Shown: positions 24,740 through 36,280 of the stretch, one piece after another | Position numbering within the stretch: position 1 is the first letter of the stretch | Layout of the letters: the number at the start of each line of letters is the position of its first letter | Assembly (NCBI GenBank): GCA_010093705.1 | Contig: MU006095.1 | Coordinates: 1,359,623 to 1,423,622, forward strand | Length of the DNA stretch: 64,000 nucleotides | Reading direction: 5' to 3' | Source: Patellaria atrata CBS 101060 | Taxonomy: Eukaryota | The notes under the pieces: model-generated | Databases searched by the model: none | Told to the model about the DNA's origin: nothing | Seen by the model: only the letters and a program-made list of their open reading frames with translations | Program-made: the position numbers and the translations under genes

Positions 24740-25050
24740 ACACAAACAACTGTGCATGATGCAGTCTCGCAAATAGAAACTCTTAATACAATTTCCTTCG
24801 AACGCGACCTCTACTATTATATTATCCCTAAGAGCTAGAATAGGGGTTAAAATAGCCCTCTTTCATCTACACAGTTATCAAAGAGAAAATAGTTGACAAT
24901 CTTGTGGAAACCGAGCCATACATTTGATCTAGACCCTAACTTCTCGTAATTATGGAGAATTGGTGTTTTCTTTCAACGTATTTACCCTGAGTGTCGTTCA
25001 AATGAAATATCATCAAGTAGTCCCACGTTGTCCAGCCACTCAAAGGCCAA

Positions 25051-28000
25051 TCACACTTCAACGCCCTTCAAATCCTTATCCCCTCCCTCCCTTTTCAACA
25101 CCACAACATCCGAAAACACCTCCCCAGTAGTCCCATCAGCCTGTAAATACGTCTCGATGACCCTGACCTTACACATTCCCCTCTGTTGCCCACCCAACCC
25201 AAAAATATTAACACTCACGGGCGTCCCCACAGGCGCGATCACGCACTCTTTGAGCACCAAACTGCAATCTCCAGTCACAGTATCCGGCAAACTTGAGATC
25301 TTTCCCAAGGCCGTCGTTCGCGGTGTTATTACGACTCTAACCTCGTCGTGCGCGTGAGACACCGAAGTCACGAGTCGCCGATTCGAGAGCATATCAGCGC
25401 CCGCACCGGCATAGACACCTTTCAGTAGAGGTTCGAGGGTAGAATCGCCTTCTATGTCTGCGGGAATGACGACTGTGATGCTAGAAAGTGCTAGATTGAT
25501 CGGTGGAGCAGCGGTGTTGCGTTTGATGGAGAATATCAGGCTGGGCAGGAACTTCGTTGCTGTAGGAATGTAGTCCTGGGCTGAGTAGACCGGATTGACG
25601 GCGTCAGTGAGATCTGGGAAAGGTGGGGCGCCACGATAGTCTGGATGAATTACAATACGGTATTGAGAACTTCCCCCGGGAATGAGGGCTTGTGCAGTCA
25701 CTTCGCGGCGTGTCTGGGGTACAGTTACTGGTCTACTCGATCGTGCAGATCTATGTCGCAGTTGATGAACCCGTGCTTCAGCGTGAAGTGTAGGAATAGT
25801 TTGATTTGGGCCACTTCTTGTCAGTCGTTCATTATCTTGTTCTGATACACGAAGAGGTCGTGGTGCAAGATCCTCCATATCTTTTCCAGCCCATAATTGT
25901 CTATCTGGTTTCAAGAAATACACTGGCCCTGTATCTCTAGGTGGGAAGATTTGTAGTTGGTAGCTTGAATCATTTAATTCGAGAGCTAGAACTGTAGAGT
26001 CTAACCCTTGCGCTAGAAATTCTTGTGTCGGAGTTTGGAATAGAAGCGCCGGGCGTAAGTCAACTATCATTTTCGGAACGTCAATACATCGAGTATTTGC
26101 ATCGTACCATGTCGCTATTTTATCAGGGGTCGGCATTTGAGCCGCCGGAATAGGGGGCCAGGATCCACTAGAGTCCGCTGGCACAGGAGCTCCCTTGGTG
26201 TAGAGTCTTCTTAGCTCGAACGATGCGATGTATCGCTGCTGATGCGGCGGTTGTATGAATTTGATCTCGAACAGGTCCTCTGGCAAACAGTCCAACAAAG
26301 CAAAAACTGTTCGCTCGTCTAATTTTGTAAGTCGAATAAGTGGATCGTGGTTGTTGTCTGGAATTAAAACCGGTGCACCATTTGGTGCTTGCCTTCTACG
26401 TCGAGCTACGATACGAATGTCAGGCATCACTCGTATGAGTTCAGAACGCAGGATAAACCCGTAACGAGGAACTGGTGGCTTCATCCCGGCAGACGGAATC
26501 TCAGTCCGTAAATAGACGTTGTATGCTTCTTTGATGCGGCGTCGGACTCTATCATCAACAGGCTCAAAATGGTTTGCAGTCGAAAGAGCACCGTCTATGA
26601 AGCAGTCCAACCAGCAGTCGTCGATGTAGAAGAATCTTAATGCTTCGGACGGTAGGTAGCTAGGGTCCGGAATAAGATAATGAGCCGGAATATCTGCTAG
26701 AAACAACTTGTCACTAATCCAGTTATGAATAATCTCCCAGTCCGAGTTATTCGCAGAGCCTAGCGTATAGTCGCTGTACAGTTCATCACCTGAAGCTGTT
26801 AGGGCTCGGAATACACGAGTGATCGATCTTTCGAACACCGGCAACACTTTTGGGTGAATTAGTGATGGCCCTACCTTTTCCGACGTCGGTAACAGGTTCC
26901 GAGCAGGCAAATCATGTCCATTGGTCGTGTCTCTAACTTCTTTGAATCTTGTTGGTATCTCCCGAAGAACTCTTTGAGGTGACAGCACACCATTTATCAC
27001 TATCCTCGTCTCACTACTAGCCCACCTATGAACCAAAGAGCGAAATCGGAGCAATGCGGAATTAAAAACCGTATCAGAAACAGCCATTAGCTTCCCTAAT
27101 TGCCATGCGGATGAATAGGTCAGATCCATAACTCCAAGGTCTTTGTCCAAAACTTGGTACTCTTTCCCTGTATTAGATGAACCTGGCCAGTCATCAGCAA
27201 CGGAGGGTTTCCAAGATGTTGGAGCAGGTGTCAAAGGCCCCCGAGAGAAGGCTAAAGTCTCTTCACCAGTCGCTGCTCTCCATCTATGAATTGTGTAGCC
27301 CAGTGACAATCGCTCATGCAGTAACTTGCTTGACACAGCTGAGTTGGGATCTTCCCCTATTGTGCCTTGAAGTAACCCCAGAGATTCATCACCTATTCTC
27401 AACATTTGCTTCGTCGCAGCCAAGTTTGTCATAATATCTTTGAAGTTGATGGGATTTGGAGGTAGAGAAAGATATGTCCAACTGTACAGGGAACACAAGC
27501 CTATTCGACCATCTCCTGTAATCTGGGTTTTATCCATTTGTTCTATATTGATGAGATGAACAACTTGAGTACGGGGGACAGTGTTATTACGAGGCCCAGT
27601 CATATGGCTCACGCATATAGAAAACAAGCCATTCTGCTGGGTTCCGGCATCTGGGAATCCCATCGTATTCATCTCCCTCACATGGCACATAAAGAAAAAC
27701 TTGTAAGGATCCTTAAGGATTGCTGCCGCTTGACTTCTTTTGGGGAAGATTACAGTTGTGTTCTCAGTAGACTCGGTGAGGGATTTCCATGCAGGATTGT
27801 TCTCGGGTTGATCAAACGCTGCTTCAAAAGTAGGTCTTGATGTGATCTTTGTAAGATAATCACCAGCAGTCATCGGAAAAGCTCCTGAAGACGTTGCCGC
27901 AGCTGCGGACGCGGGAGATATCCCTAAGGATGTAACTTCCGCTGGACTAACTTTAAGGTCTTCGGGGTCGAACACAAGAAGAGCAAACCATGGGCCTCGG

Positions 28001-28440
28001 ATACCCCTATCGGCTATTGCAAAGCTCGAGGCGGAAGGGCCTATCCGATCCCATGGAATATGGGGGTCATTGAAGACGATGTGAGGTAGTATTAACCCTT
28101 CGTCAGCACCTCCATCGGGTGGATAATGAGAATTGATTGTGTCAGGGTCGAGTGAGAACTGTGGAGCGACGACGTCGAATTTCTGTAGTAGAACAGGAGT
28201 AGTTGCTGGAGGGGGAAAGCTAACCCCCGTTGTAGAATCGTAATTGAAGATTTCTAGTTTGCCTTCATCTCCTGGGATACTGGTCTTGATAGATTGTTTC
28301 ACCTCGATGCCATAGTTTCCCGGGGGAAGCCGTGGCCGATATAAAGGATACAATCTGATATATCCCGGTTTGAGGTCTGATTCATTCACTCCATTGATAG
28401 CTCTTTCAACGTTTGCTCTTACAAGACTCCTAGGTGCCAT
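25051..28440 (-). CDS. Large uncharacterised protein 'C' (1129 aa) of the DUF6603-associated cluster
   Basis: Uninterrupted 1129-aa ORF from ATG. Blocks LPHIVFNDPHIPWDR, PWFALLVFDPEDL, CHVRE, VVHLINIE, LCSLYSWTY, SRGPLTP, DLTYSSAWQLGKLMA, PAHYLIPDPSYLPSEALRFFYID..WLDCFIDGALS, GFILRSELI. Confidence 0.9.
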   Translation of the reverse strand: MAPRSLVRANVERAINGVNESDLKPGYIRLYPLYRPRLPPGNYGIEVKQSIKTSIPGDEGKLEIFNYDSTTGVSFPPPATTPVLLQKFDVVAPQFSLDPDTINSHYPPDGGADEGLILPHIVFNDPHIPWDRIGPSASSFAIADRGIRGPWFALLVFDPEDLKVSPAEVTSLGISPASAAAATSSGAFPMTAGDYLTKITSRPTFEAAFDQPENNPAWKSLTESTENTTVIFPKRSQAAAILKDPYKFFFMCHVREMNTMGFPDAGTQQNGLFSICVSHMTGPRNNTVPRTQVVHLINIEQMDKTQITGDGRIGLCSLYSWTYLSLPPNPINFKDIMTNLAATKQMLRIGDESLGLLQGTIGEDPNSAVSSKLLHERLSLGYTIHRWRAATGEETLAFSRGPLTPAPTSWKPSVADDWPGSSNTGKEYQVLDKDLGVMDLTYSSAWQLGKLMAVSDTVFNSALLRFRSLVHRWASSETRIVINGVLSPQRVLREIPTRFKEVRDTTNGHDLPARNLLPTSEKVGPSLIHPKVLPVFERSITRVFRALTASGDELYSDYTLGSANNSDWEIIHNWISDKLFLADIPAHYLIPDPSYLPSEALRFFYIDDCWLDCFIDGALSTANHFEPVDDRVRRRIKEAYNVYLRTEIPSAGMKPPVPRYGFILRSELIRVMPDIRIVARRRRQAPNGAPVLIPDNNHDPLIRLTKLDERTVFALLDCLPEDLFEIKFIQPPHQQRYIASFELRRLYTKGAPVPADSSGSWPPIPAAQMPTPDKIATWYDANTRCIDVPKMIVDLRPALLFQTPTQEFLAQGLDSTVLALELNDSSYQLQIFPPRDTGPVYFLKPDRQLWAGKDMEDLAPRPLRVSEQDNERLTRSGPNQTIPTLHAEARVHQLRHRSARSSRPVTVPQTRREVTAQALIPGGSSQYRIVIHPDYRGAPPFPDLTDAVNPVYSAQDYIPTATKFLPSLIFSIKRNTAAPPINLALSSITVVIPADIEGDSTLEPLLKGVYAGAGADMLSNRRLVTSVSHAHDEVRVVITPRTTALGKISSLPDTVTGDCSLVLKECVIAPVGTPVSVNIFGLGGQQRGMCKVRVIETYLQADGTTGEVFSDVVVLKREGGDKDLKGVEV

Positions 28441-29002
28441 CTTGTTCCCATATGTTTTTGGCGAAGTAGAACTGCCGTCCCGTGCGATATTTACATGTCA
28501 TCGCCCGAAGGAAGGGAGTTGTAGTCATTACTGTCCTCCACAGGACATTGATAGGTTCGGTACATCTTGCCGTTGTAGAATTTCAGGCTATGCAAGATAA
28601 TCGTAGCGAAGTGTAGCTGAAAGTCGTGGCTGTTGGAGGGGGTAAGCCAGAAATTCAGAATCCCTTAGGTCACTAAGAGTTGGCCAATCAATCTTTTTCG
28701 GTGTTTCAGCTTCATGCATCGAGACGCCACATACTTTAGACAGCATAAGAACGGAGTAATACAGAAATCGTATCTCAAAGAATGGAAACTCGTGATACTT
28801 GGCGTAGATCCTTGGTGGAAGCCATGCTCCTTCGCCGTCTCTCTTGATCAAGGTAGGAGATGTGACGCAAAGGATGAAATTCTCTCAATCGGAGAGTATC
28901 ACGATGGAATAACATCAATATTGACAGCTCTAATCTGGGAGCATCATAACTGTGATCGAGCCTGTACTCCTCCTTCATTGTTTTGAATCATTCATCATCG
29001 CA
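28441..29002. promoter_or_regulatory. Putative bidirectional promoter (protein C / DUF6603 protein)
   Basis: 562 bp between divergent ATGs; contains the inverted pair AGCTGAAA (28615-28622) / TTTCAGCT (28704-28711). Confidence 0.6.
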
Positions 29003-32000
29003 ATGGCGTCTTCTGGTGACCACAGCTTTGAGAACCCTCCCACAAACACACCAACAGGTCAACCAAGTCTGATAGTCGAAATCATACCATTTCCCCTACC
29101 CCTAGATGAATTCATAGTGAATTCCAACCCCAATACTTCTAGTTCGAGCTGGAACAAAGTCTATGAAGCGCTAGGAGTAACATTCAGTAACTCTTCTGGT
29201 TCGCTCAATGCGAAAGTCACTAGCTTTTGGGACACAACATTCTCGTCTACTGAAAACGAGAATAAATTTGGCCCGAGCAATGGTTCTGCGACCGCTGTTG
29301 GTGGTGATGAAAATCCATCTTCTGCTGTATTTGGCATGATTCTGCCGACATCTGGAGCCCTGACGACACCATTGAAGTTCTCCGAAGTCAGAGAAAAGTT
29401 TGGGATAAACAATTCAAATGCAAACTCCTCCCTAATATCGTTACTAGATGCAGTGGACAGGGCTGGCGCGTTGATGATCACACTCGATCAAGATCCAAAG
29501 GCTCGTAACGCGTTATGGATCGTTCCCAAAGATGCCTACAAAGTCATCATGAATATGGTCTTTACGATTGCGAACGAGGAGGCAATAAGGGGATTAGAGA
29601 GCTATATCAAAGCATCGTACGGTATCACTATCAGTATTTCGGCTAGAAACTGTCGGTTTGAATTTCAGCAGACAAGTTTCTTCATTCCGAACCTCCCCAA
29701 AAGACCAGGGTTAGGAACGAATCCAGAGTTCATCAGGTCATCTAAATATCGTATGGTGGTCAGCTTCCAGGTGGCTTCCTTCGAAGTCTCGATCATTTGT
29801 ACCCCGGATGATATGGAGTTCTATTTTTCAGATCCACCAAACGCGCTTGTTACGGGAAATATCATCGATAGGTTGAATAGTGCTATAGTAAATGGTTCTG
29901 GAATGAGTTCTAATGGTTTTCCCGATTCATCTGCGGCAAATCCGTTCAGTAAGATCCTTAAAGATGTCAACCTCTGGTACATAAACATTGGAAGAGAAGT
30001 GATAGGACATACTGCTGCGACCCCTACACAGCCATCCATCCCAGAATACGGTTCCTTGTATTGGTCTATCAAGCTATTCGGCAAGTGGGAAGTCGGAGCA
30101 AGTAGTGAAACGATTCTCCTAGGGTTGAGCTATGATTCTCGAGATCAAACATTTTTCGGACAATTACTCTTCCAAGCCGATCTACCAACAGATATGGTAA
30201 AACGCCAACACGGTTTTTTCTGGGTCACTGATGATATACCGTTTAGTGTTCGAGAAAAGCTCAGGACTAGAGGGATACCACGTAGCCTCAACCTACTTGG
30301 ACTCTTCAGTCAATCTATCAAAGCTCCAAAAGGTGTACCGCTTGAGTTGACACAGGGTTACATCGCATTTAGGAGAGGTGACAATGGTTCTGGCACCGAA
30401 CTTAGCTTTGGAACCAATATCAAGTCTCAGATTGCAGTCGAGGAGAATGAAGCCGCTGCACCTTTTGGATTTTCGTGGGATGAAATTGCAGCCCAAGTTG
30501 CAATACAAGACACCGGAACTACGTCAACTACAGACATTGTTATATCGACGAGTATCAACCTACGAGGGGGTGCGGATATCCCTCCCGCTACTTTGAGTGT
30601 TGACGTAGAGTATTCCACAGGTGGGTTTTGGGTCCTTCATGGCCGTCTTGAAAACCTTTCACTCGCATTATTAGCCAAATTCTTCCACAAAAATAATCGA
30701 GAGATGGCCAAGGGTCTTCTGGGAACTCTCCGTTTACGTTATGCGGATGTGATATACACTTTTAACTCCTCTGGTGAAACTGCCGGAGAGCCTTCATCGT
30801 TCGTAATTACTGGAGCCTTAGTATTAGGAGGACTTGAGTTGGACTTGACATATGAATTTGCGTCCGCACTTATCGACTCCAGCCAATCTGCCGCGAAAAT
30901 TGCCCAGGAAAGCGGCCAACTTCCTAGTGATAGAGAAACATTACGTCCCTCCGGAGGCGAATCCCAATGGTCATTCGAAGCAGATCTGGGTGCTTCCACA
31001 ACTGGAGCAACGCTGGGTACAATCATAGGCTCTTTCTCGCCAAACGCTATATCCAGTCTACCTACCTTCGTTACAAATATCGATGTTGCACCTGCAGCTG
31101 GAGGGAAAGCCCCGATAAAGCTCAAGCTTGCCTCAGTGGGTAACACGACAGCCGGTAGCGGTGTAAGTCCTGGAAGTGGCCTCATACTCATATTCGTAGT
31201 CTCGATGCTTGATACTACTTTTACCTATATCTCTCTTAATCAACGTGGGGTGACAAAGCGAGTACTTCAGGTTAACGCTGATCAAATCCCCATCGTAAGT
31301 GATATACCGCTAGTCAAGGTACTACCTCCGCCGTTTGATGAGCTGCGGTATCTATGGGTTGATACTCCCACCCCAGTGGGCCTCTCCAAAGATGAAATCA
31401 ACCAGATCAACGCTGAGCTCGAGAAAGGCAAGATGGCAAAGCTTGCATATAAAGAGACAAGTAAAGACAGCGGCGCTTCTGCAGGTCCAGTATTGCAGAC
31501 TGGTCATCATTTCATGGTTTTGCAAGGCGGTAAAGTAATCCTCGATCACGTTTTTGGTAAACCGAATCCGGACTCTCCTGATCCAACCAATCCAGGAGGG
31601 TCGGGTAACGCTCAGGATCCACCGCCAACAAAGGGTGCTATTGACAAGCAGACACCGTTCCTTACAATAGATGGTATCCAGTTACAGTTCAAAGCACCGG
31701 TTCTTCACATCGAAATATCGGCAACGATAGTACTCGGGCCTATTAATTTCTCCGTAATAGGGTTCGATATCGGGTTCAATCTTGAGAATATCAAATTGAA
31801 CAATCTTGCAGCTCTCCTTTCTCCTGGTCTAATCTCTGTCGGGCTTCATGGGTTAGCCGTCAAAGTAGACAAACCGCCGGTCACCATGTCTGGGGTATTC
31901 ATTCATGAGGATATCAATGCCGGTGGGGTAGTTGCTGAGAGCTATCGTGGAGGTATTGCCTTCGGATTCCAGGCCTGGCAATTTATGGCAGTTGGCGAGT

Positions 32001-34251
32001 ACAGGATTGTTACACAGCCGCAAAACTATAAATCGGTGTTTGTATATGCAAAGCTTGACGGACCATTGATCACACTAGCCTTTGCAACTGTGAGCGGAGT
32101 TCGTGTTGGATTCGGATACAATAGCATAGTCCGATCACCTACTCTGCTTGAATTGCCACAGTTTCCTTTCCTGAATAGTTCTGCGGATAAAGAGGCGGGG
32201 AACGATCCCATGAAGATTCTAACTGCTATGATGGGCGATGGTAATAATGCTCCGTGGGTATCAGCGAAGGAAGATTCATATTGGGTTGCTGCAGTAAGTC
32301 GTTAGGGGGATATAGGCGTGACTTAAGACTAATCAGCATAGGGTGTTACCTTGACCGCATTTGGCCTCTTAGCAGTCACCGCGGTACTAATGGTAGGTTT
32401 CCGTGATGGTGGAGCTGTTATATCCGTCTTCGCCGATGGCATTGCACAAATGCCACCGGGCGTTAGTGCAAATGCTTGTCTGGTTTATATAGAAATTGGT
32501 ATGCTCGCGGAGCTCAACACGATCGATGGCTATTTCACTGTGCAGGCTGCTCTAGCTCCAACTTCGCATTTGATAGTAGCATCATGTCGACTGACGGGCG
32601 GGTTTGCTTTGACGAATTGGTTTCGACCAAGTCAGCATTCTGGAGACTTCGTACTGACTGTTGGAGGCGTGAGTACAAGTATGAACAAAACCAAGAATTT
32701 TTACTAAGCATCCACTCCAGTATCATAGGGCTTACAAACCACCTCCGTGGTATCCAGTTGTTCCTCGTCTCGGAGTCTCCTTCACACTTGAAGACATGAT
32801 CAACGTCACCGGAGTTGCATACTTTGCGATCACTCCAAAATGTGTTATGGGAGGAGGTGCTCTCCATCTAGGTCTTGATGTTGGACCGGTATCTGCTTGG
32901 CTAGACGTCATCCTCGATGTCTTCATCCAGTTCGATCCATTTATGTACATGGCCGATCTTGCGGTCTCCGTAGGCTGCGCCATCACGATAAAGGTGTGGT
33001 TCGTTCATATCAGAATCAGCGTCAGCGTTGGTGCTGCGCTCCACATCGAGGGACCAGATCCGTTCCGCGGCGTAAGTACCAATTCTCACATACGTGATAT
33101 ATACTTACCCTATTCAGTCGGCGAATGTCGAATTCTACCTCTTCTCGTTTACGGTCCATTTTGGTAGAAGTCCTACCATAGAAGTTGAAAAGAAATCCCT
33201 ACCACAATTCTATGAAATGGTGAAGTCGCCCGGGCCTTCGACTCCTGCACCCTCAGACTCCTCCGTGCGCGACGAGCAGCAAGCGTTGGTTAAGTTCACT
33301 GTCTCCACAGGTTTGATCCCGCCGGCTCAAACTGCACCACGTTCAGATTCCGGCCAGTTCCCTAGCACGGGAGCAACTGCAACTTGGCTTGTCAAATCCG
33401 GTACGTTTAGTTGCAACATCGGCTTCGAATTTGCCATCTCTTCAGCCCATATACGCCGCAGTAACGACGTAAACACAACTGTGGTAGAACTATTCCCCAA
33501 GGAGGGCGCATCAGCTATTAAGCCCTTCTGGTCAAAGCCAATGCAGCTGACCTCCTCCAATCCAATATCTTCATCCGTTGAAGTGAAAGTTTGGATGCTC
33601 AACCTCGCCGATCCGGAGAAGAACACCCCGATCGATGCAATGCAGGGTGAACTCGTCACCAAAGATGTTCCCGCGGCATTGTGGGGTGCCTACGACAGGG
33701 CTGAAGATCCAATCAGGACGGGAAACCCATCAGCAACTACAGCAGCTCTATCAGACCCCAGAGAGCCGACAATGAACTTGTGCATGGCCATCAATCTTTG
33801 GACGCTTCCAGGAGTTTTGTTGCCGAGCCCCATAACTGATATTGATGCCTCCGCCGCATTCCGTAGATATCTTGATCCAACGTGGTTCAATGCGTCCCCG
33901 GTCGAGCAAAAAATCTTAAGATCTAGCGGCGTCTTGTATTCCACCGAGTCGCCTTCGGAAAGATGGGCCCATGTGGTAACTGATTGGCAAAACTTTGCCG
34001 CTACTGGAAGCCCTGTTCTTGAGAGTTCAACGCTGACTGAGGGCGAAGTTCAAGGTAGTGGCTTGTTGAAGTCAGCAGCGAAGTATTTGGGTTGGGATAA
34101 GCCGTCTCCCAAGGGAGCAGGTAGTGATAATGGTAATAGTACTGACGGAAGAAAGAAGTGGATGTTGAATGCCAAACCTGCTAAACGAATGATGAAGAGT
34201 TTGCCAACTAGCTATCCGGTATTATTCAGATATAGTGCTGTAACTGCTTAG
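29003..34251 (+). CDS. DUF6603-type giant beta-rich protein 'D' (~1700 aa)
   Basis: Exons 29003-32293, 32342-32668, 32721-33071 and 33118-34251, with three phase-0 GT-AG introns joining the separate ORFs. The spliced product contains [71 protein letters not shown] and VPAALWG, which I recognise as the DUF6603 pattern (from memory, not a search). Confidence 0.88.
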
Positions 34252-34959
34252 TTATATGGAGTTTTCCCCTTCTTCCTTTGCATGTCCGTTCACCATCGAT
34301 GAATGTGAAGTTATGTCTCAAAATGGTGCTGAAATATCAAGTTGAAATGCGCAAAGAGCTATATGAGAATCTTCCGTCAGTAGAAACTAGAGAGGAGAGT
34401 TGATCGTCTTGTTTCAAATTCTTAATAGTCTTAAAACGGCCAGTTCCCCCGACTAGGGATGAGACGATTAGGACTACTCCGAACTGGAGTCGTAACTTTG
34501 GACTTCTAGTTCTAAGCTTGCCCTTCGAATTTGAAGGAGTTGACGACAGATGACGAGAAGCAAAACATGGTATCGATGAACTTCAGTCAATGGAGATGAT
34601 GAATATGATCAAAAGTTACTCGTGAGCAGTAGCTCGAGGCCAAGCAGATGAGTGAGCAGAAATAACGGTATTATAAGTTGTCTTGTATAAGAATAGTAGG
34701 AATCAAGATGAACAGTACAAGAGATCAATTGATGAAGGGGACGATCCTCAGGTTCGTAGTCAATATAAATCGTTGATGACGTCGTTCTCTTGATGGACAG
34801 TAGTGGTGAACTCGTGGGAGCTTCCGTCGGATCTTCGCTTTCAAACCAAGACACACAACAACAACACAAGATTTCTCACCCATCAACATCTGCCATTTCC
34901 CTTCGACTAACCCTTCTAATCTCTCAATCCCCCATCTCATATCTTGATACCGTTCCACC

Positions 34960-36106
34960 ATGTTCGCGAGACAGGTGTTGCGACCGGCGAAGACGCTGCA
35001 GAGAGTAAGTACAAACAATGAGAACGCCTAATCTCCAGCTCCACCGAGATAGCTAACCTTTGAACCGTACAGCAAGTACGACGTTATGCATCTGAATCCT
35101 CTCCCAAAGGCGGGTCCAACACAATCGCTTATGGCATCGTCGGCATCGCGGCTCTCCTTGGAGGAACTTATTACATCAATTCACGCGGCACTCCAAACCC
35201 GGCGCAAGTCCCTACATTGAAGGAATTAACACCAACGCTGCCACCCTCGTCAGGCGCCCCTCCCAAAGTAACATTCACAGGCGGAGACCAAGGGTTCCTT
35301 TCGTTGAAGCTCGATTCTGTCGACATCGTAACGCCAAACGTCAAGAGGCTCCGGTTCGCTCTTCCTGAAGAGGACGCCGTGTCCGGGATCAAGACAACTT
35401 GTAAGTCACCTTTTCCCCTTTCATATCTAAAACGCTCGAAAATCTGATTGTTCTAGCTGCGATAATCACGAAATACAAAGGCCCGAATATGGAAAAGCCT
35501 GTCATCAGACCCTACACCCCAACCAGCGACGAAGAGACTCGAGGCTTCATGGAATTCCACATCAAACGGTATCCAGACGGTCCGATGTCCCAGCACCTAC
35601 ATAATATGGAGCCAGGCCAACGGCTCGACATCAAAGGACCGATCCCCAAATATCCATGGGCGCCGAATAAGCACGAACACATTGCGCTGATTGCAGGTGG
35701 TACGGGTATCACACCGATGTGGCAGTTAGCCAACACCATTTTCAAGAATCAGGACGATAAGACGAAAGTGACGCTCGTTTTCGGGAATATCTCAGAGGAC
35801 GATATTATCTTGAAGAGGGAATGGGAACATTTGGAGAACACTTATCCGCAGCGGTTCCGGGCGTTTTATACGCTGGATAAGCCGTCGGAAACGTGGAAGG
35901 GAGGTAAGGGTTTTATTACAAAGGACTTGCTGAAGACGGTTTTGCCAGAACCTAAGGAAGGCGAGAAGGTCAAGATCTTCGTTTGTGGACCACCAGGAAT
36001 GTACAAGGCTATCAGCGGCACGAAGAAGAGTCCAGCAGACCAAGGCGAGTTAGAAGGATACCTAAAGGAGCTCGGCTACAGCAAGGACCAAGTCTACAAA
36101 TTCTAA
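34960..36106 (+). CDS. MCR1: Mitochondrial NADH-cytochrome b5 reductase 2
   Basis: Presequence [22 protein letters not shown] plus a hydrophobic anchor; introns 35005-35072 and 35401-35456. FAD motif RPYTP, NADH motifs [10 protein letters not shown] and FVCGPPGM; ends DQVYKF. Confidence 0.93.
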
Positions 36107-36280
36107 CGTGTTAAGGGATAGGTGGATAGGTTACAGTACAGGCAATGTAAGATCATCATTCAGCTCGGAGATACCTCTAGCATTATCAAATAGATCTCAA
36201 GCAGTCGATAAATCGTATACTCCAATTCAAAACCCTCAAGTGCAAATCTCCCCCTTAGTACAGTGCATCAAAAATTCTGT

